Positions 9,077 to 17,945 of a stretch of DNA of 32,000 nucleotides are shown here, piece by piece. The notes beneath the pieces are model-generated. The model was not told the DNA's origin. It worked only from the letters and a program-made list of their open reading frames with translations, and searched no databases. The DNA is from Candidatus Syntropharchaeum caldarium (GTDB lineage: Archaea; Halobacteriota; Syntropharchaeia; Syntropharchaeales; Syntropharchaeaceae): positions 30,001 to 62,000 of the forward strand of contig LYOS01000001.1 in NCBI GenBank assembly GCA_001766815.1, read 5' to 3'. Every line of letters starts with the position of its first letter. Within the stretch, counting starts at the first letter, position 1. A program made the translations under genes and the position numbers.

Positions 9077-9590
9077 CGCGAAATCTAGAAAGTTCCGAAG
9101 GTATAAAATCAGAGAATCCGCTTTTTTTCACAAAAAATAGGATAACATCCAAAAATATTTCTTCATCATTATAAAAAGAAGTATAATAAAGAGGAAAATG
9201 GACAAAATGGTTTCTCACAAAAATGAGATACTCTAATTTTTCTCCAATCTCATTTAAAATATCTTTACTCATCTTCTTCTTGAGGTTACCTAATGTTCTC
9301 TTTGATGGGTCCATCTCTAAAAAATACTCAAATTGTTTGGAAATAAAATATAATTTGATACCCCCTTCTAATGCAATAGATAGTAAACCATACAGTAAAG
9401 GAATTTTTTGAAGTGTGATTGTATCCTCTTTAACTCGTGAATATTCTTCTAAAATATGCTTTATTGTTTCCGCTAAATCCGACAAGTATCTCTCTTTTTG
9501 TTTGTCATTCTCAAATATTTTTAACAACTTACACTCATTCTTTTTGTATTCACGAATTAATTCATTTTTTCTATCTTTAAGATATTTCAT
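9054..9590 (-). CDS. Hypothetical 178-aa protein with an Rx4H (HEPN-type) motif, embedded between hsdM and hsdS
   Basis: Its ATG overlaps the hsdM stop (ATGA, 9587-9590) and its 3' end overlaps the hsdS start. The motif RNHFVH (residues 126-131) is encoded at 9198-9215. Composition is lysine- and glutamate-rich and looks helical. I recognise no named family. Confidence 0.6.
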   Translation of the reverse strand: MKYLKDRKNELIREYKKNECKLLKIFENDKQKERYLSDLAETIKHILEEYSRVKEDTITLQKIPLLYGLLSIALEGGIKLYFISKQFEYFLEMDPSKRTLGNLKKKMSKDILNEIGEKLEYLIFVRNHFVHFPLYYTSFYNDEEIFLDVILFFVKKSGFSDFIPSELSRFRGDSYGQK

Positions 9591-11023
9591 CTTAAAATCT
9601 CCTGCAACTCCTCAAACAACTCCATAACCTCTTTTTCCTCTCTCAAAACATCCTCTAAAATCTCTCCTGCTGGTCTGTATTCTTTTTCCTTCAACTTGTT
9701 CGGATTTCTTGGCGTTAGTTCATAAGTTTCTTCGTCAATCCCATCAATCTTGACAATCCATGAATTTTCGCTTACCTCTCTGTTCTGCCATTTTTCATAG
9801 CAGTCCTGCCAGTCTTCATCCCTCATTGGTCTTGTCTTGGTAAAGTTTTTCATCTCTTCTGGAGGTTGAATCTCATAGTACCATATCTCCTCTGCTGGTC
9901 CTGTTTTGTCGAAAAACAGAAGGTTGGTTTTAACAGGTGTTTTTCCAGATGCCGTAAATACTCCTTTGGGCAAGGAAACAATTGTATGGACGTTGTAGTT
10001 TTCAAGAAGTTCTTTTCTAACCCTGACAAAAGGTCCTGTTGTGTTGGATAAGACGCCTTCAGGAACAACGATTCCAACCCTTCCACCCTGCTTTATCTTT
10101 CTCATCACATACTGCAGAGCCATTAACTCAGTATTAGAACTTTTGACGGGGAAATTAACCTTAAACCTCTCATCAAACTTTCCGCCAAATGGGGGATTTG
10201 TAAGGATAATATCCACTTTTTCTTTTTCCTGAATTTTTCTTATATCGTCGGCAAAAGTATCAACCTTGTAAATGTGAGATGTTGGGAGATCGTGCAAAAG
10301 AAGGTTCATTATTCCTATAAGGTAAGGGATGTCTTTCTTATCCTGTCCATAGAACATATCATGTAAAATCTTCGTTCCCTTTGTTGTAAAAACTCCTATA
10401 CTCTTGAGAATGTGGCTGTAGCTTTCGATCAGGAACCCAGAAGAGCCTAAGAATGGATCTAAAATTTTTTCACCAAGTCTGGGATTAACAATCTTTACCA
10501 TCAACCTTATAATAGGTCTTGGAGTGTAATACTCTCCTGCATATTTGCCCATTTCTCCAATTTCTGGTAAGAGTTCTTCGTAAAGTGCAGAAATGACATA
10601 AATATCCTCTCTTGTTCTGAACTTCAACTCATCAAGGAGTAAAGCCACTTCTCTCAATTTGTAGCCATCTTTTAGAAAATTCTGGATTTCTTTACCGCTG
10701 AAAATAGTGGCAATTAACTCTTTCTCACCATCACCATCCAATCTGGAAAGAAAAGGGAATAGCTTGTTGTTGATGAAATCTATAAGCTCTTCGCTTCTCC
10801 AGTCTTTATGAATCCAGTCTTTCCATCTGTATGAGGGAGGGATGTTCCTCTGATATTCTTCACCCTTCAACTCTGCCTTTAACTCTCTTTCATCCTCCAG
10901 CTCATCATAGAGTTTAAGGAAAAGCATCCATGATAACTGGACTATGTAATTAACTGATGCGATCTCGTTTCTCAGCAAATCGCAGGCCTGCTTGAACTTT
11001 GATTTTAATTGCTGCCTATCCAT
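9587..11023 (-). CDS. hsdM: Type I R-M DNA methyltransferase subunit HsdM (N6-adenine)
   Basis: It has an HsdM_N-like N-terminus (...CDLLRNE...YIVQLSWMLFLK), a SAM-binding motif I (ILDPFLGSSGF) and the catalytic motif IV ILTNPPFG. The start overlaps the hsdR stop (TAATG). Confidence 0.93.
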   Translation of the reverse strand: MDRQQLKSKFKQACDLLRNEIASVNYIVQLSWMLFLKLYDELEDERELKAELKGEEYQRNIPPSYRWKDWIHKDWRSEELIDFINNKLFPFLSRLDGDGEKELIATIFSGKEIQNFLKDGYKLREVALLLDELKFRTREDIYVISALYEELLPEIGEMGKYAGEYYTPRPIIRLMVKIVNPRLGEKILDPFLGSSGFLIESYSHILKSIGVFTTKGTKILHDMFYGQDKKDIPYLIGIMNLLLHDLPTSHIYKVDTFADDIRKIQEKEKVDIILTNPPFGGKFDERFKVNFPVKSSNTELMALQYVMRKIKQGGRVGIVVPEGVLSNTTGPFVRVRKELLENYNVHTIVSLPKGVFTASGKTPVKTNLLFFDKTGPAEEIWYYEIQPPEEMKNFTKTRPMRDEDWQDCYEKWQNREVSENSWIVKIDGIDEETYELTPRNPNKLKEKEYRPAGEILEDVLREEKEVMELFEELQEILR

Positions 11024-13548
11024 TATCTAACACCACCAGCCTCATAGAGACCTTGAGAAATGCCTTCAAGGGTATGTATGAGATTGTCTATTCCACCGAA
11101 GGAATCAATAATTTCCTTCAATTTACCGATTTTCTGGATATCTGGGGATTCCAGAGCTTCTGGGGAGATCTCATCAATGCCACCGATCTTGTATTTTTCT
11201 ATAAGGTTCAGTAAAACCCCTTTGGCGGTCTCATTGAAGGAGTTAATAAATTGCTGTTTTTCATTTAACAATGCCTGAGCCCTATCATCTCTGCTCAGAA
11301 TTGGAGCATCAAAAGCCACATGAGCAATAACATCAAAGGCATCTGCATCAGGTCTATCAAGCAACTGAGCTATTAACTCTGGATTTATACTCTTTTTCTT
11401 TAAATCTTCCAAGAATTTCTTTCTGCTCTCCTTATTTATCCAGATTTTTCTTAAATCATCAAGCGTAAGAATCTTTTTCCTCACATTTTCTCCGGCATAC
11501 TCAATATATCTCGCTTTATTCAGTTTCTTACCTTCTACTTCAACATATAGCTCTTCTTCGATGTAAACACCGATACCTTTAACAACTATTTTACCCTCTT
11601 TAGGTTTTCTCTTCTTTAATTCAATTACAACAGCTATCCTATCCTTAAATGGAATGGGATCTACACTTACCTCCCTGAGTTTATAGTTCTTTGCTTCAAC
11701 TTTTACTTTTACTGGCGAATGTGGGCAACCATCAATAGTGAATTCTCCACTTTCATTAGTTTTGGCCGGTTTTACCATATTGACGCCCAATTTTGCTGTT
11801 ATTCTTGCATTAGCAATAGGTGTTCCATCCTCCTCATCCACAACTTTTCCCTTTATGAAGTAATCAAAAGGCCCCTCTGGGATATCTGGTATGTATTCCT
11901 CGGGTGGTAAATCCCATGGATCCAAAAGACGGGTTGCATTTACAAAGTCTATTATTCTGAAATAGAATTTATTTGCATCCTCACTTATCCTGCTCCCTCT
12001 ACCCATAATCTGCTTGAACAGTACCTTTGATGCAATGGGCTTCATAAAAACAATATTTTTCACAGGAGGAATATCAACTCCTGTGCTTAATAGATCCACA
12101 GTCACGGCAATAACAGGTATCTGATATTCAGAATCTGCCATCCTTTCAGCAAGCTCTATTGCGTTTGGTTCTTCATCAACTATTCTAACAACAAAATCAT
12201 CGGCATTTACACCGGTTGAAGCAATTTCATAAGCTAATTCATTTTGCAGAACCTTTACAACGTCAAGGGCATGTTCTTTTGTCACACAGAAAACGATTGT
12301 TTTCTCTGTTGGACCGTAAATCTTCAGTATTTCAGCAAGTTTCTTGGTCATAGCTTCTGTTCTATCAGGTAGAATTATGCTTCTCTCAAACTCTCCAACC
12401 GAGTAGAATTCCTTAACCTCTGTTTCTTCAGGAGTATCAATAACAGCACCTTCGCTTGCTACATCAGTAAGAGATATTCCGCCTTTCTTATCAATATTCA
12501 CGTAAATTTTATGAATCTTATAAGGAGAGAGAAATCCGTCATCTATACCCTGTCCTAAGCTGTAAACATAAACAGGCGTACCAAAATAAGCGTAGGTATC
12601 TCTGTTATCATCATCACTTTTTGGTGTGGCAGTCATACCAAAATGAACCGCATCTTTAAAGTGATCAAGAATCTCCTTCCATCGCCCATATCCTGATCTA
12701 TGGCACTCATCAATAATTACCATATCAAAAAAGTCAGGAGGATATTCCTGATAGAGCCTCTTTCCATTTTTCTCAGAATAGAGCGTCTGATATGTAGCAA
12801 AATAAATATCCCTGATTTTAGGAGCTTTCCCTTCTTTTATTACCTCCCTTGCACCACCAAATGGCTCAAAGAACTTATTACAGGCTTGATCTCTTAACAT
12901 CACTCTATCTGCAATATAAAGTACTCTTCTGATTTTCTTAGTGTTATAGAGCTTCCATGCTACCTGAAAAGCAACATAGGTCTTACCCGTTCCGGTCGCC
13001 ATAGTAAGTAGAATACGCTTTTTACCGTTCAGAAAAGCTTCTATAATGTTCTTTACTGCCGCAATCTGGTAATATCTTGGGGTCTTGTTCTGAACAACCT
13101 TATACGGGTATAAAAGTGGATTTTCATCTTTATCAAATGGAAGTGGTTTGTTAAATTTCCAGAGTGAATATCGCTTCCATAGTTCCTGAGGAGATGGAAA
13201 CTTATCAATTGTGGTTTGCCTTTTGGTTATGAAATCATATTCCTCAATTTTATGACCATTTGTTGAGTATGTGAATGGGACATTTAGCATCCCCGTATAT
13301 CTTTTTGCCTGCTGGATTCCTGCCGCATGATGTTTTGCCTCTTCTTTTGCCTCAACAACAGCTATCGGGAAGTATCTCTCTAAAAATAGAATATAATCAG
13401 GTTTTACTCCTTCTTTTCTATTTCCATATTCATCTATAATCCGACCTTCTGTTATTTTTAACTCACGTTGGATTAAATCTTCTGACCATCCAGATTCATG
13501 TAATTTTGGATCTATCAGCTTAGCTCTTGTTTCTGCCTCGTTTAGCAT
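11023..13548 (-). CDS. hsdR: Type I restriction enzyme R subunit HsdR (COG4096/EcoEI-like), 841 aa
   Basis: The N-terminal PD-(D/E)xK nuclease region reads AETRAKLIDPKL...PDYILF...VVEAKEE. Helicase motifs are TMATGTGKT (I), IIDECHR (II), MTATP (III) and QIMGRGSR (VI). The C-terminus is EcoEI_R_C-like (RPDADAFDVIAHVAF...). Confidence 0.93.
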   Translation of the reverse strand: MLNEAETRAKLIDPKLHESGWSEDLIQRELKITEGRIIDEYGNRKEGVKPDYILFLERYFPIAVVEAKEEAKHHAAGIQQAKRYTGMLNVPFTYSTNGHKIEEYDFITKRQTTIDKFPSPQELWKRYSLWKFNKPLPFDKDENPLLYPYKVVQNKTPRYYQIAAVKNIIEAFLNGKKRILLTMATGTGKTYVAFQVAWKLYNTKKIRRVLYIADRVMLRDQACNKFFEPFGGAREVIKEGKAPKIRDIYFATYQTLYSEKNGKRLYQEYPPDFFDMVIIDECHRSGYGRWKEILDHFKDAVHFGMTATPKSDDDNRDTYAYFGTPVYVYSLGQGIDDGFLSPYKIHKIYVNIDKKGGISLTDVASEGAVIDTPEETEVKEFYSVGEFERSIILPDRTEAMTKKLAEILKIYGPTEKTIVFCVTKEHALDVVKVLQNELAYEIASTGVNADDFVVRIVDEEPNAIELAERMADSEYQIPVIAVTVDLLSTGVDIPPVKNIVFMKPIASKVLFKQIMGRGSRISEDANKFYFRIIDFVNATRLLDPWDLPPEEYIPDIPEGPFDYFIKGKVVDEEDGTPIANARITAKLGVNMVKPAKTNESGEFTIDGCPHSPVKVKVEAKNYKLREVSVDPIPFKDRIAVVIELKKRKPKEGKIVVKGIGVYIEEELYVEVEGKKLNKARYIEYAGENVRKKILTLDDLRKIWINKESRKKFLEDLKKKSINPELIAQLLDRPDADAFDVIAHVAFDAPILSRDDRAQALLNEKQQFINSFNETAKGVLLNLIEKYKIGGIDEISPEALESPDIQKIGKLKEIIDSFGGIDNLIHTLEGISQGLYEAGGVR

Positions 13549-13623
13549 GATTTTTCACCCATTTATATTGATCATTCTTCAATCTTATATCTTTAACGTC
13601 TTTCTTCTACATTATAGGATAAC

Positions 13624-14685
13624 TCACATTTTTGATCGCTCGATAAGCTCTGAGAGATCTATAACCTTTCCACCGACATCAGCCAGGTTGATGAGGCACA
13701 ATGGACAGGCTGTAACGATCAGATCCACATCAGGTGGTAGATCATCGAGCCTCCTTTCTGCAATCGAGGTTGAGAGTTCATGATATCCCGATCTAACCCC
13801 ACCACCGCCCCCACAGCATCCTGAAAGTTCCCGATTCCGTTTCATCTCGCTTAAACCACAGATTCGCTCAATCACCGCTCGTGGCTCATCTATCACCCCC
13901 CCTCCTCGCCCGAGATGGCATGGATCATGGTAGGTTACGGTGAGATCGAGCTTTCCAGGATCAATTTCGTCAAGATGCTCGTGGAAGAACTCTGCTGTGT
14001 GAATAACCTTACATTCAAGCTCGTAATCGTTCTTGAGTGTCTTGTAGCATCCAGCACAGCTCGTTAAGATAATCTCTGCCCCGCTCTCCTCAATCTGCCT
14101 GATGTTTGAATCAAAAGTTGGTGGATTCATCCCCATCCGAAAGAGTGGCGAACCACAGCATTTTTCATCATCAAGGAGTGATATTCCATAATCAGAGAGA
14201 ATCCTCAGTGTTGATGCCGCAACATCAACCGATCGATAGGAAGGTAAACATCCAACAAAGTAGACAATATCAGACCTCTTCTTAAGTGAGATACCATCAA
14301 TCCCTTCAAGCCACGCCCGTCTCGATCTCTTATCGCTCATTGGATTTCCAAATACGCTTATAGCCTCATACATCTCGTTGATCCGTCTATTATCAACGCA
14401 ATCTTTCAGATACGCCCGGCGCATACTCTCAACGATCGATTCAACCTCGACGTCAGATGGGCAGATATTTGAGCACGCCTGACAGGTTGTGCATGTGTAG
14501 ATGCTCTTTTCTGTGCCTTCGATCCATTTTGTCTTTTCAAGATAGTTTAAACCAAGCATAATCCTTCCTCTGGGCCCCATCGACTCCCAGCCCTCTGATT
14601 CAAGCGTTGGACATACAGTGCGACACCTGCCGCATCTGAGACAGTTCAAGAGTTCGATTATATTGTGCGATCCAATAGAGCTCAT
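13624..14685 (-). CDS. HdrD/GlcF-like Fe-S oxidoreductase (two 4Fe-4S motifs plus two CCG domains)
   Basis: CLRCGRCRTVCP and CTTCQACSNICP are ferredoxin-type motifs. They are followed by two cysteine-rich CCG-type regions (...CCGSPL..., ...GCCGGGGG...PLC). Confidence 0.75.
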   Translation of the reverse strand: MSSIGSHNIIELLNCLRCGRCRTVCPTLESEGWESMGPRGRIMLGLNYLEKTKWIEGTEKSIYTCTTCQACSNICPSDVEVESIVESMRRAYLKDCVDNRRINEMYEAISVFGNPMSDKRSRRAWLEGIDGISLKKRSDIVYFVGCLPSYRSVDVAASTLRILSDYGISLLDDEKCCGSPLFRMGMNPPTFDSNIRQIEESGAEIILTSCAGCYKTLKNDYELECKVIHTAEFFHEHLDEIDPGKLDLTVTYHDPCHLGRGGGVIDEPRAVIERICGLSEMKRNRELSGCCGGGGGVRSGYHELSTSIAERRLDDLPPDVDLIVTACPLCLINLADVGGKVIDLSELIERSKM

Positions 14686-14736
14686 TAGTCAGCCTTGACT
14701 GTGCAAACTGATAAATATTAGCATGAATAGTAACAC

Positions 14737-15564
14737 GTGATGTATATCGTTGTCTTTATCACACCACTTGGCAATACTTACTTCGGCATGCCTGATCGGT
14801 ATCTGAAACAACTCTTCAGTTATCAGTGGGAAGAGCGCGAGCGATATAGAGAGCTTTTGGATCTGGCAATGAAGGAATTCTCACCGCTCAATCCCTGTGA
14901 TCAGCCGACAGCAGATATCACAGTTTCAATCAAGAGGGGTGTCATTGAGATCCGGAAACTTGATATGCTGAGAATGGGGGATATCCTGCAAAAACTGAAG
15001 ATTCTCATCGCAGACGGATGCGTAAAGGAGGATGTGGAGGCCTACTTTGGGTGGGAGGTTGAATCGATACTGATGCAGAAGGATGAAGGGGGGTACGACA
15101 GTTTTGTTCAGATCGTCTTTGCCAACCAGATCATAATTGAAGCATACCGTGAGGATGGAGTGATTGAGGAAGGCGAAGAACCGTTCTGTATATTCAGGAT
15201 CAAGAAGCTCACCGATATCCCAGGAACTCTGGATTATGATATAAATTCAATTGGTCTGTGGGTTGATCTGGAAGGTGCTGAGATAGGGGCAATATTTGGT
15301 ACGAACGGACATTTCATACCGTCTGTGCGAAAAAAGTGTGTTCCACTGATCTCCAAGTTTTCAGGTTTCTTTGAAGGGGATTATTTTGGAATTGAGTCAA
15401 GAAGCGGCTCGATTTATATTTACTATTCGCTTGTGGGCTATGAGGGTGAAGAGGAGGAAGCAAAGTTTATCGATGTCCTCCTGAGGTTTGCTGAGATTGA
15501 AAAAGAGCTTGTAAAAGGAGACTGGAGGGTACTTGAAGAGATTGAGGACTGGATTCCTGTTTAA
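14737..15564 (+). CDS. Hypothetical acidic protein (about 258-275 aa)
   Basis: This is a long ORF with coding-like composition and no competing ORF, but no family is recognised. Alternative starts are ATG 14740 and ATG 14788 (MPDRYLKQ...). Confidence 0.5.
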   Translation: MMYIVVFITPLGNTYFGMPDRYLKQLFSYQWEERERYRELLDLAMKEFSPLNPCDQPTADITVSIKRGVIEIRKLDMLRMGDILQKLKILIADGCVKEDVEAYFGWEVESILMQKDEGGYDSFVQIVFANQIIIEAYREDGVIEEGEEPFCIFRIKKLTDIPGTLDYDINSIGLWVDLEGAEIGAIFGTNGHFIPSVRKKCVPLISKFSGFFEGDYFGIESRSGSIYIYYSLVGYEGEEEEAKFIDVLLRFAEIEKELVKGDWRVLEEIEDWIPV

Positions 15565-15629
15565 TCGCTTCCAGTCTTTCACCATGTTATACCCCAAGGT
15601 CGGATTTTATATTATCACACGTTTTAATT

Positions 15630-15646
15630 TATTCTCCTGCAAAACT
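15630..15646. repeat. Solo copy of the IS630-family terminal inverted repeat
   Basis: TATTCTCCTGCAAAACT matches the left inverted repeat at 7706-7722 at 16 of 17 positions, including a 14-nt exact run TCTCCTGCAAAACT. No convincing partner repeat lies nearby. Confidence 0.6.
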
Positions 15647-15745
15647 CAGGTATTTTCGATTCATTTATGTTAAAAACGACTTCAGCGCCTGCAGGATCCG
15701 GTGAAAATATTATGTATGTCGGGAACCTTGGTTCATCCACAAGCT

Positions 15746-15753
15746 TTATATAG
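15746..15753 (+). promoter_or_regulatory. Candidate archaeal TATA box for the thermosome gene
   Basis: TTTATATA lies about 45 nt upstream of the ATG at 15797. GGAGGAG at 15783-15789 could act as an SD sequence in a short leader. Confidence 0.4.
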
Positions 15754-15796
15754 AAGTATAAATCATAGAAAACTAAAAAAATGGAGGAGTTTGAAT

Positions 15797-17449
15797 ATGG
15801 CTGGTCAACTTGGTGGAACACCAATATTGATATTGAAGGAAGGTGCCGAGCGTACAAGAGGTAGAGAAGCACAGAACCGCAACATAATGGCAGCAAAAGC
15901 TGTTGCAGGTGCAGTTCGAACAACGCTTGGTCCAAAAGGTATGGATAAGATGCTTGTGGACTCACTCGGTGACGTCGTAATTACAAATGATGGTGCGACA
16001 ATTCTGAAGGAGATGGATATTGAGCATCCTGCAGCAAAGATGATGGTCGAGATCGCAAAGACCCAGGATGACGAGGTCGGTGACGGTACGACCACAGCGG
16101 TTGTGCTCGCGGGAGAGCTATTGAAAAAGGCGGAAGACTTATTAGAACAGGATATTCATCCAACTGTAATCGCAGCAGGATACAGGCTTGCAGCAGAAAA
16201 ATCTTATGATGTGCTTAGCGAGGTGGCACAGGAAGTCTCGCCAGAAGACAAAGAGGTACTGCGCAAAGTTGCAAAGACAGCGATGACAGGGAAAGGCACC
16301 GATGTAACTCGTGACAGCCTCATAAATCTTGCAGTGGATGCGGTGACCGCGATCGTGGAAGAGGATGGAACGGTTGATATCGAGAATATCAAGGTTGAGA
16401 AGAAGATGGGCGGTGGCATCGAGGACTCCGAACTTATTGATGGTATCGTCATTGATAAAGAGCGGGCGCATCCAAACATGCCAAAGAAGGTTGAGAACGC
16501 AAAGATCGCACTCCTGAACTGCCCGCTGGAGATTGAGAAGACTGAGATTGATGCCAAGATTGAGATCACATCACCAGATCAGCTCAAGCTTTTCCTTGAT
16601 GAAGAAGAAAATATGCTCAAAGATATGGTCGACAAGATTAAAGCGACCGGTGCGACCGCACTCTTCTGTCAGAAAGGAATTGATGATATTGCACAGCACT
16701 TCCTGGCAAAGGCAGGCATTATCGGGGTAAGAAGGGTAAAAGAGAGTGACATGAAGAAACTTGGTCGCGCAACTGGTGGCAGGGTTGTCTCAAGTGTCGA
16801 TGAACTCGAACCATCAAGCCTTGGAAGCGCTGGTCTCGTTGAGGAGCGCAAAATTGGCGGAGACGAGATGATCTTCATTGAGAAGTGTCAGAATCCAAAA
16901 GCTGTCACACTCATCCTGCGCGGCGGTACCGAGCATGTGGTTGATGAACTCGAACGCGGTATGCATGATGCACTGCGGGTTGTTGGCGTTGCGATAGAGG
17001 AGAAGAAAGTAATAGCCGGTGGTGGATCACCTGAGACAGAACTTGCACTGCGACTCAGAGATTATGCATCAACTATTGGTGGACGTGAGCAGCTTGCGAT
17101 CGAGGCGTTTGCAGCATCACTTGAGATCATTCCGAGAACGCTTGCAGAGAACGCAGGTCTTGATCCGATCGATATGCTCGTTGCGATCCGATCTGCACAC
17201 GAGACCGGTGACAAGAACGCAGGTCTTGATGTGATGAAGGGTAAGATCATCAACATGGCAGATGCTGGTGTTTTCGAGCCTCTGAAGATCAAAACACAGG
17301 CAATAAGTTCTGCGACAGAAGCGGCGGTTATGATCCTGCGTATAGATGATGTTATCGCAAGTTCAAAATCCACAGGCGGACAGTCTCCAGGTGGCATGCC
17401 TCCAGACATGAGCGGTATGGGTGGCGGCATGGGCGGTATGGAATACTGA
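15797..17449 (+). CDS. ths: Thermosome subunit (group II chaperonin)
   Basis: [16 protein letters not shown]...GPKGMDKML...ITNDGATIL...VGDGTTT are canonical group II chaperonin motifs. The protein ends in a GGM-rich tail. The ATG at 15797, with an upstream SD sequence, is preferred over the track start at 15701. Confidence 0.95.
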   Translation: MAGQLGGTPILILKEGAERTRGREAQNRNIMAAKAVAGAVRTTLGPKGMDKMLVDSLGDVVITNDGATILKEMDIEHPAAKMMVEIAKTQDDEVGDGTTTAVVLAGELLKKAEDLLEQDIHPTVIAAGYRLAAEKSYDVLSEVAQEVSPEDKEVLRKVAKTAMTGKGTDVTRDSLINLAVDAVTAIVEEDGTVDIENIKVEKKMGGGIEDSELIDGIVIDKERAHPNMPKKVENAKIALLNCPLEIEKTEIDAKIEITSPDQLKLFLDEEENMLKDMVDKIKATGATALFCQKGIDDIAQHFLAKAGIIGVRRVKESDMKKLGRATGGRVVSSVDELEPSSLGSAGLVEERKIGGDEMIFIEKCQNPKAVTLILRGGTEHVVDELERGMHDALRVVGVAIEEKKVIAGGGSPETELALRLRDYASTIGGREQLAIEAFAASLEIIPRTLAENAGLDPIDMLVAIRSAHETGDKNAGLDVMKGKIINMADAGVFEPLKIKTQAISSATEAAVMILRIDDVIASSKSTGGQSPGGMPPDMSGMGGGMGGMEY

Positions 17450-17470
17450 GGGGGTTAACCTCTCTTCCTC

Positions 17471-17486
17471 CCTTTTATTTTTATTT
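17471..17486 (+). terminator. Oligo-T tract, candidate archaeal terminator after the thermosome gene
   Basis: CCTTTTATTTTTATTT lies 22-37 nt after the stop codon. The region is convergent with the 3' end of purE. Confidence 0.3.
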
Positions 17487-17945
17487 AAAGAGTTTCAATA
17501 TCCGGATTGCAAGTAGCGCCGCGTTTTTGCCGTTGTCAATACCAACAACTCCTACGGGTACTCCTTTTGGCATTTGAACCATTGATAGAAGCGAGTCAAG
17601 ACCCATCAGCTTTGCTGAGACAGGAACACCAATCACGGGTAGATCGCACTTTGAAGCAATAACACCAGGCAGTGCAGCGGAGAGCCCTGCAATTGCAATC
17701 ACAACACCGATCTCACTCCCCTCTTTTCTGAGTTCATTCAGGTAGATATCAAGTTCATCGGGGTTTCTGTGTGCAGAAATCGTCCGGAGATCGAATTTGA
17801 TCTCATGCTCTTCCAGTACATTACAAACATCTATCGCGATCGGCATATCAGACTCAGATCCAATTATAACAGCAACTTTATCTCGCAGGTTATCACTCCT
17901 CCAGTTTAGATACGTTAATCTCAAATCCAACGGTTGGATACTCAA
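17481..17945 (-). CDS. purE: N5-carboxyaminoimidazole ribonucleotide mutase / AIR carboxylase catalytic subunit
   Basis: [14 protein letters not shown]..., AHRNPDEL and GVPV...[17 protein letters not shown] are PurE signatures. The true start is uncertain: only in-frame TTG codons are available, and they overlap the pheT 3' end. Confidence 0.85.
   Translation of the reverse strand: MSIQPLDLRLTYLNWRSDNLRDKVAVIIGSESDMPIAIDVCNVLEEHEIKFDLRTISAHRNPDELDIYLNELRKEGSEIGVVIAIAGLSAALPGVIASKCDLPVIGVPVSAKLMGLDSLLSMVQMPKGVPVGVVGIDNGKNAALLAIRILKLFK

Noticed and set aside
8754-9140. 128-aa plus-strand ORF running from the IS right end into the hsdS N-terminal fragment
   Set aside because: It crosses the IS/host junction and is antisense to the recognisable HsdS N-terminus. 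I considered an outward-reading fusion but found no supporting signals.
5727-13623. att-like direct repeats or an integrase marking the borders of the AT-rich R-M block
   Set aside because: I compared the two border regions by eye. They share only a 7-mer, TTATATT, which is not significant in AT-rich DNA. There is no integrase and no tRNA at either border.
15688-15698. Possible partner inverted repeat (CTGCAGGATCC) for the solo IS630 inverted repeat, which would define a ~70-bp MITE
   Set aside because: Only about 7 contiguous matching bases to the expected AGTTTTGCAGGAGACTA, and no TA-flanked structure. This is too weak to call.
15624-15965. 113-aa minus-strand ORF spanning the thermosome promoter and 5' end
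   Set aside because: It overlaps the thermosome start and promoter region, has no motif, and its existence depends on AT-rich intergenic sequence.
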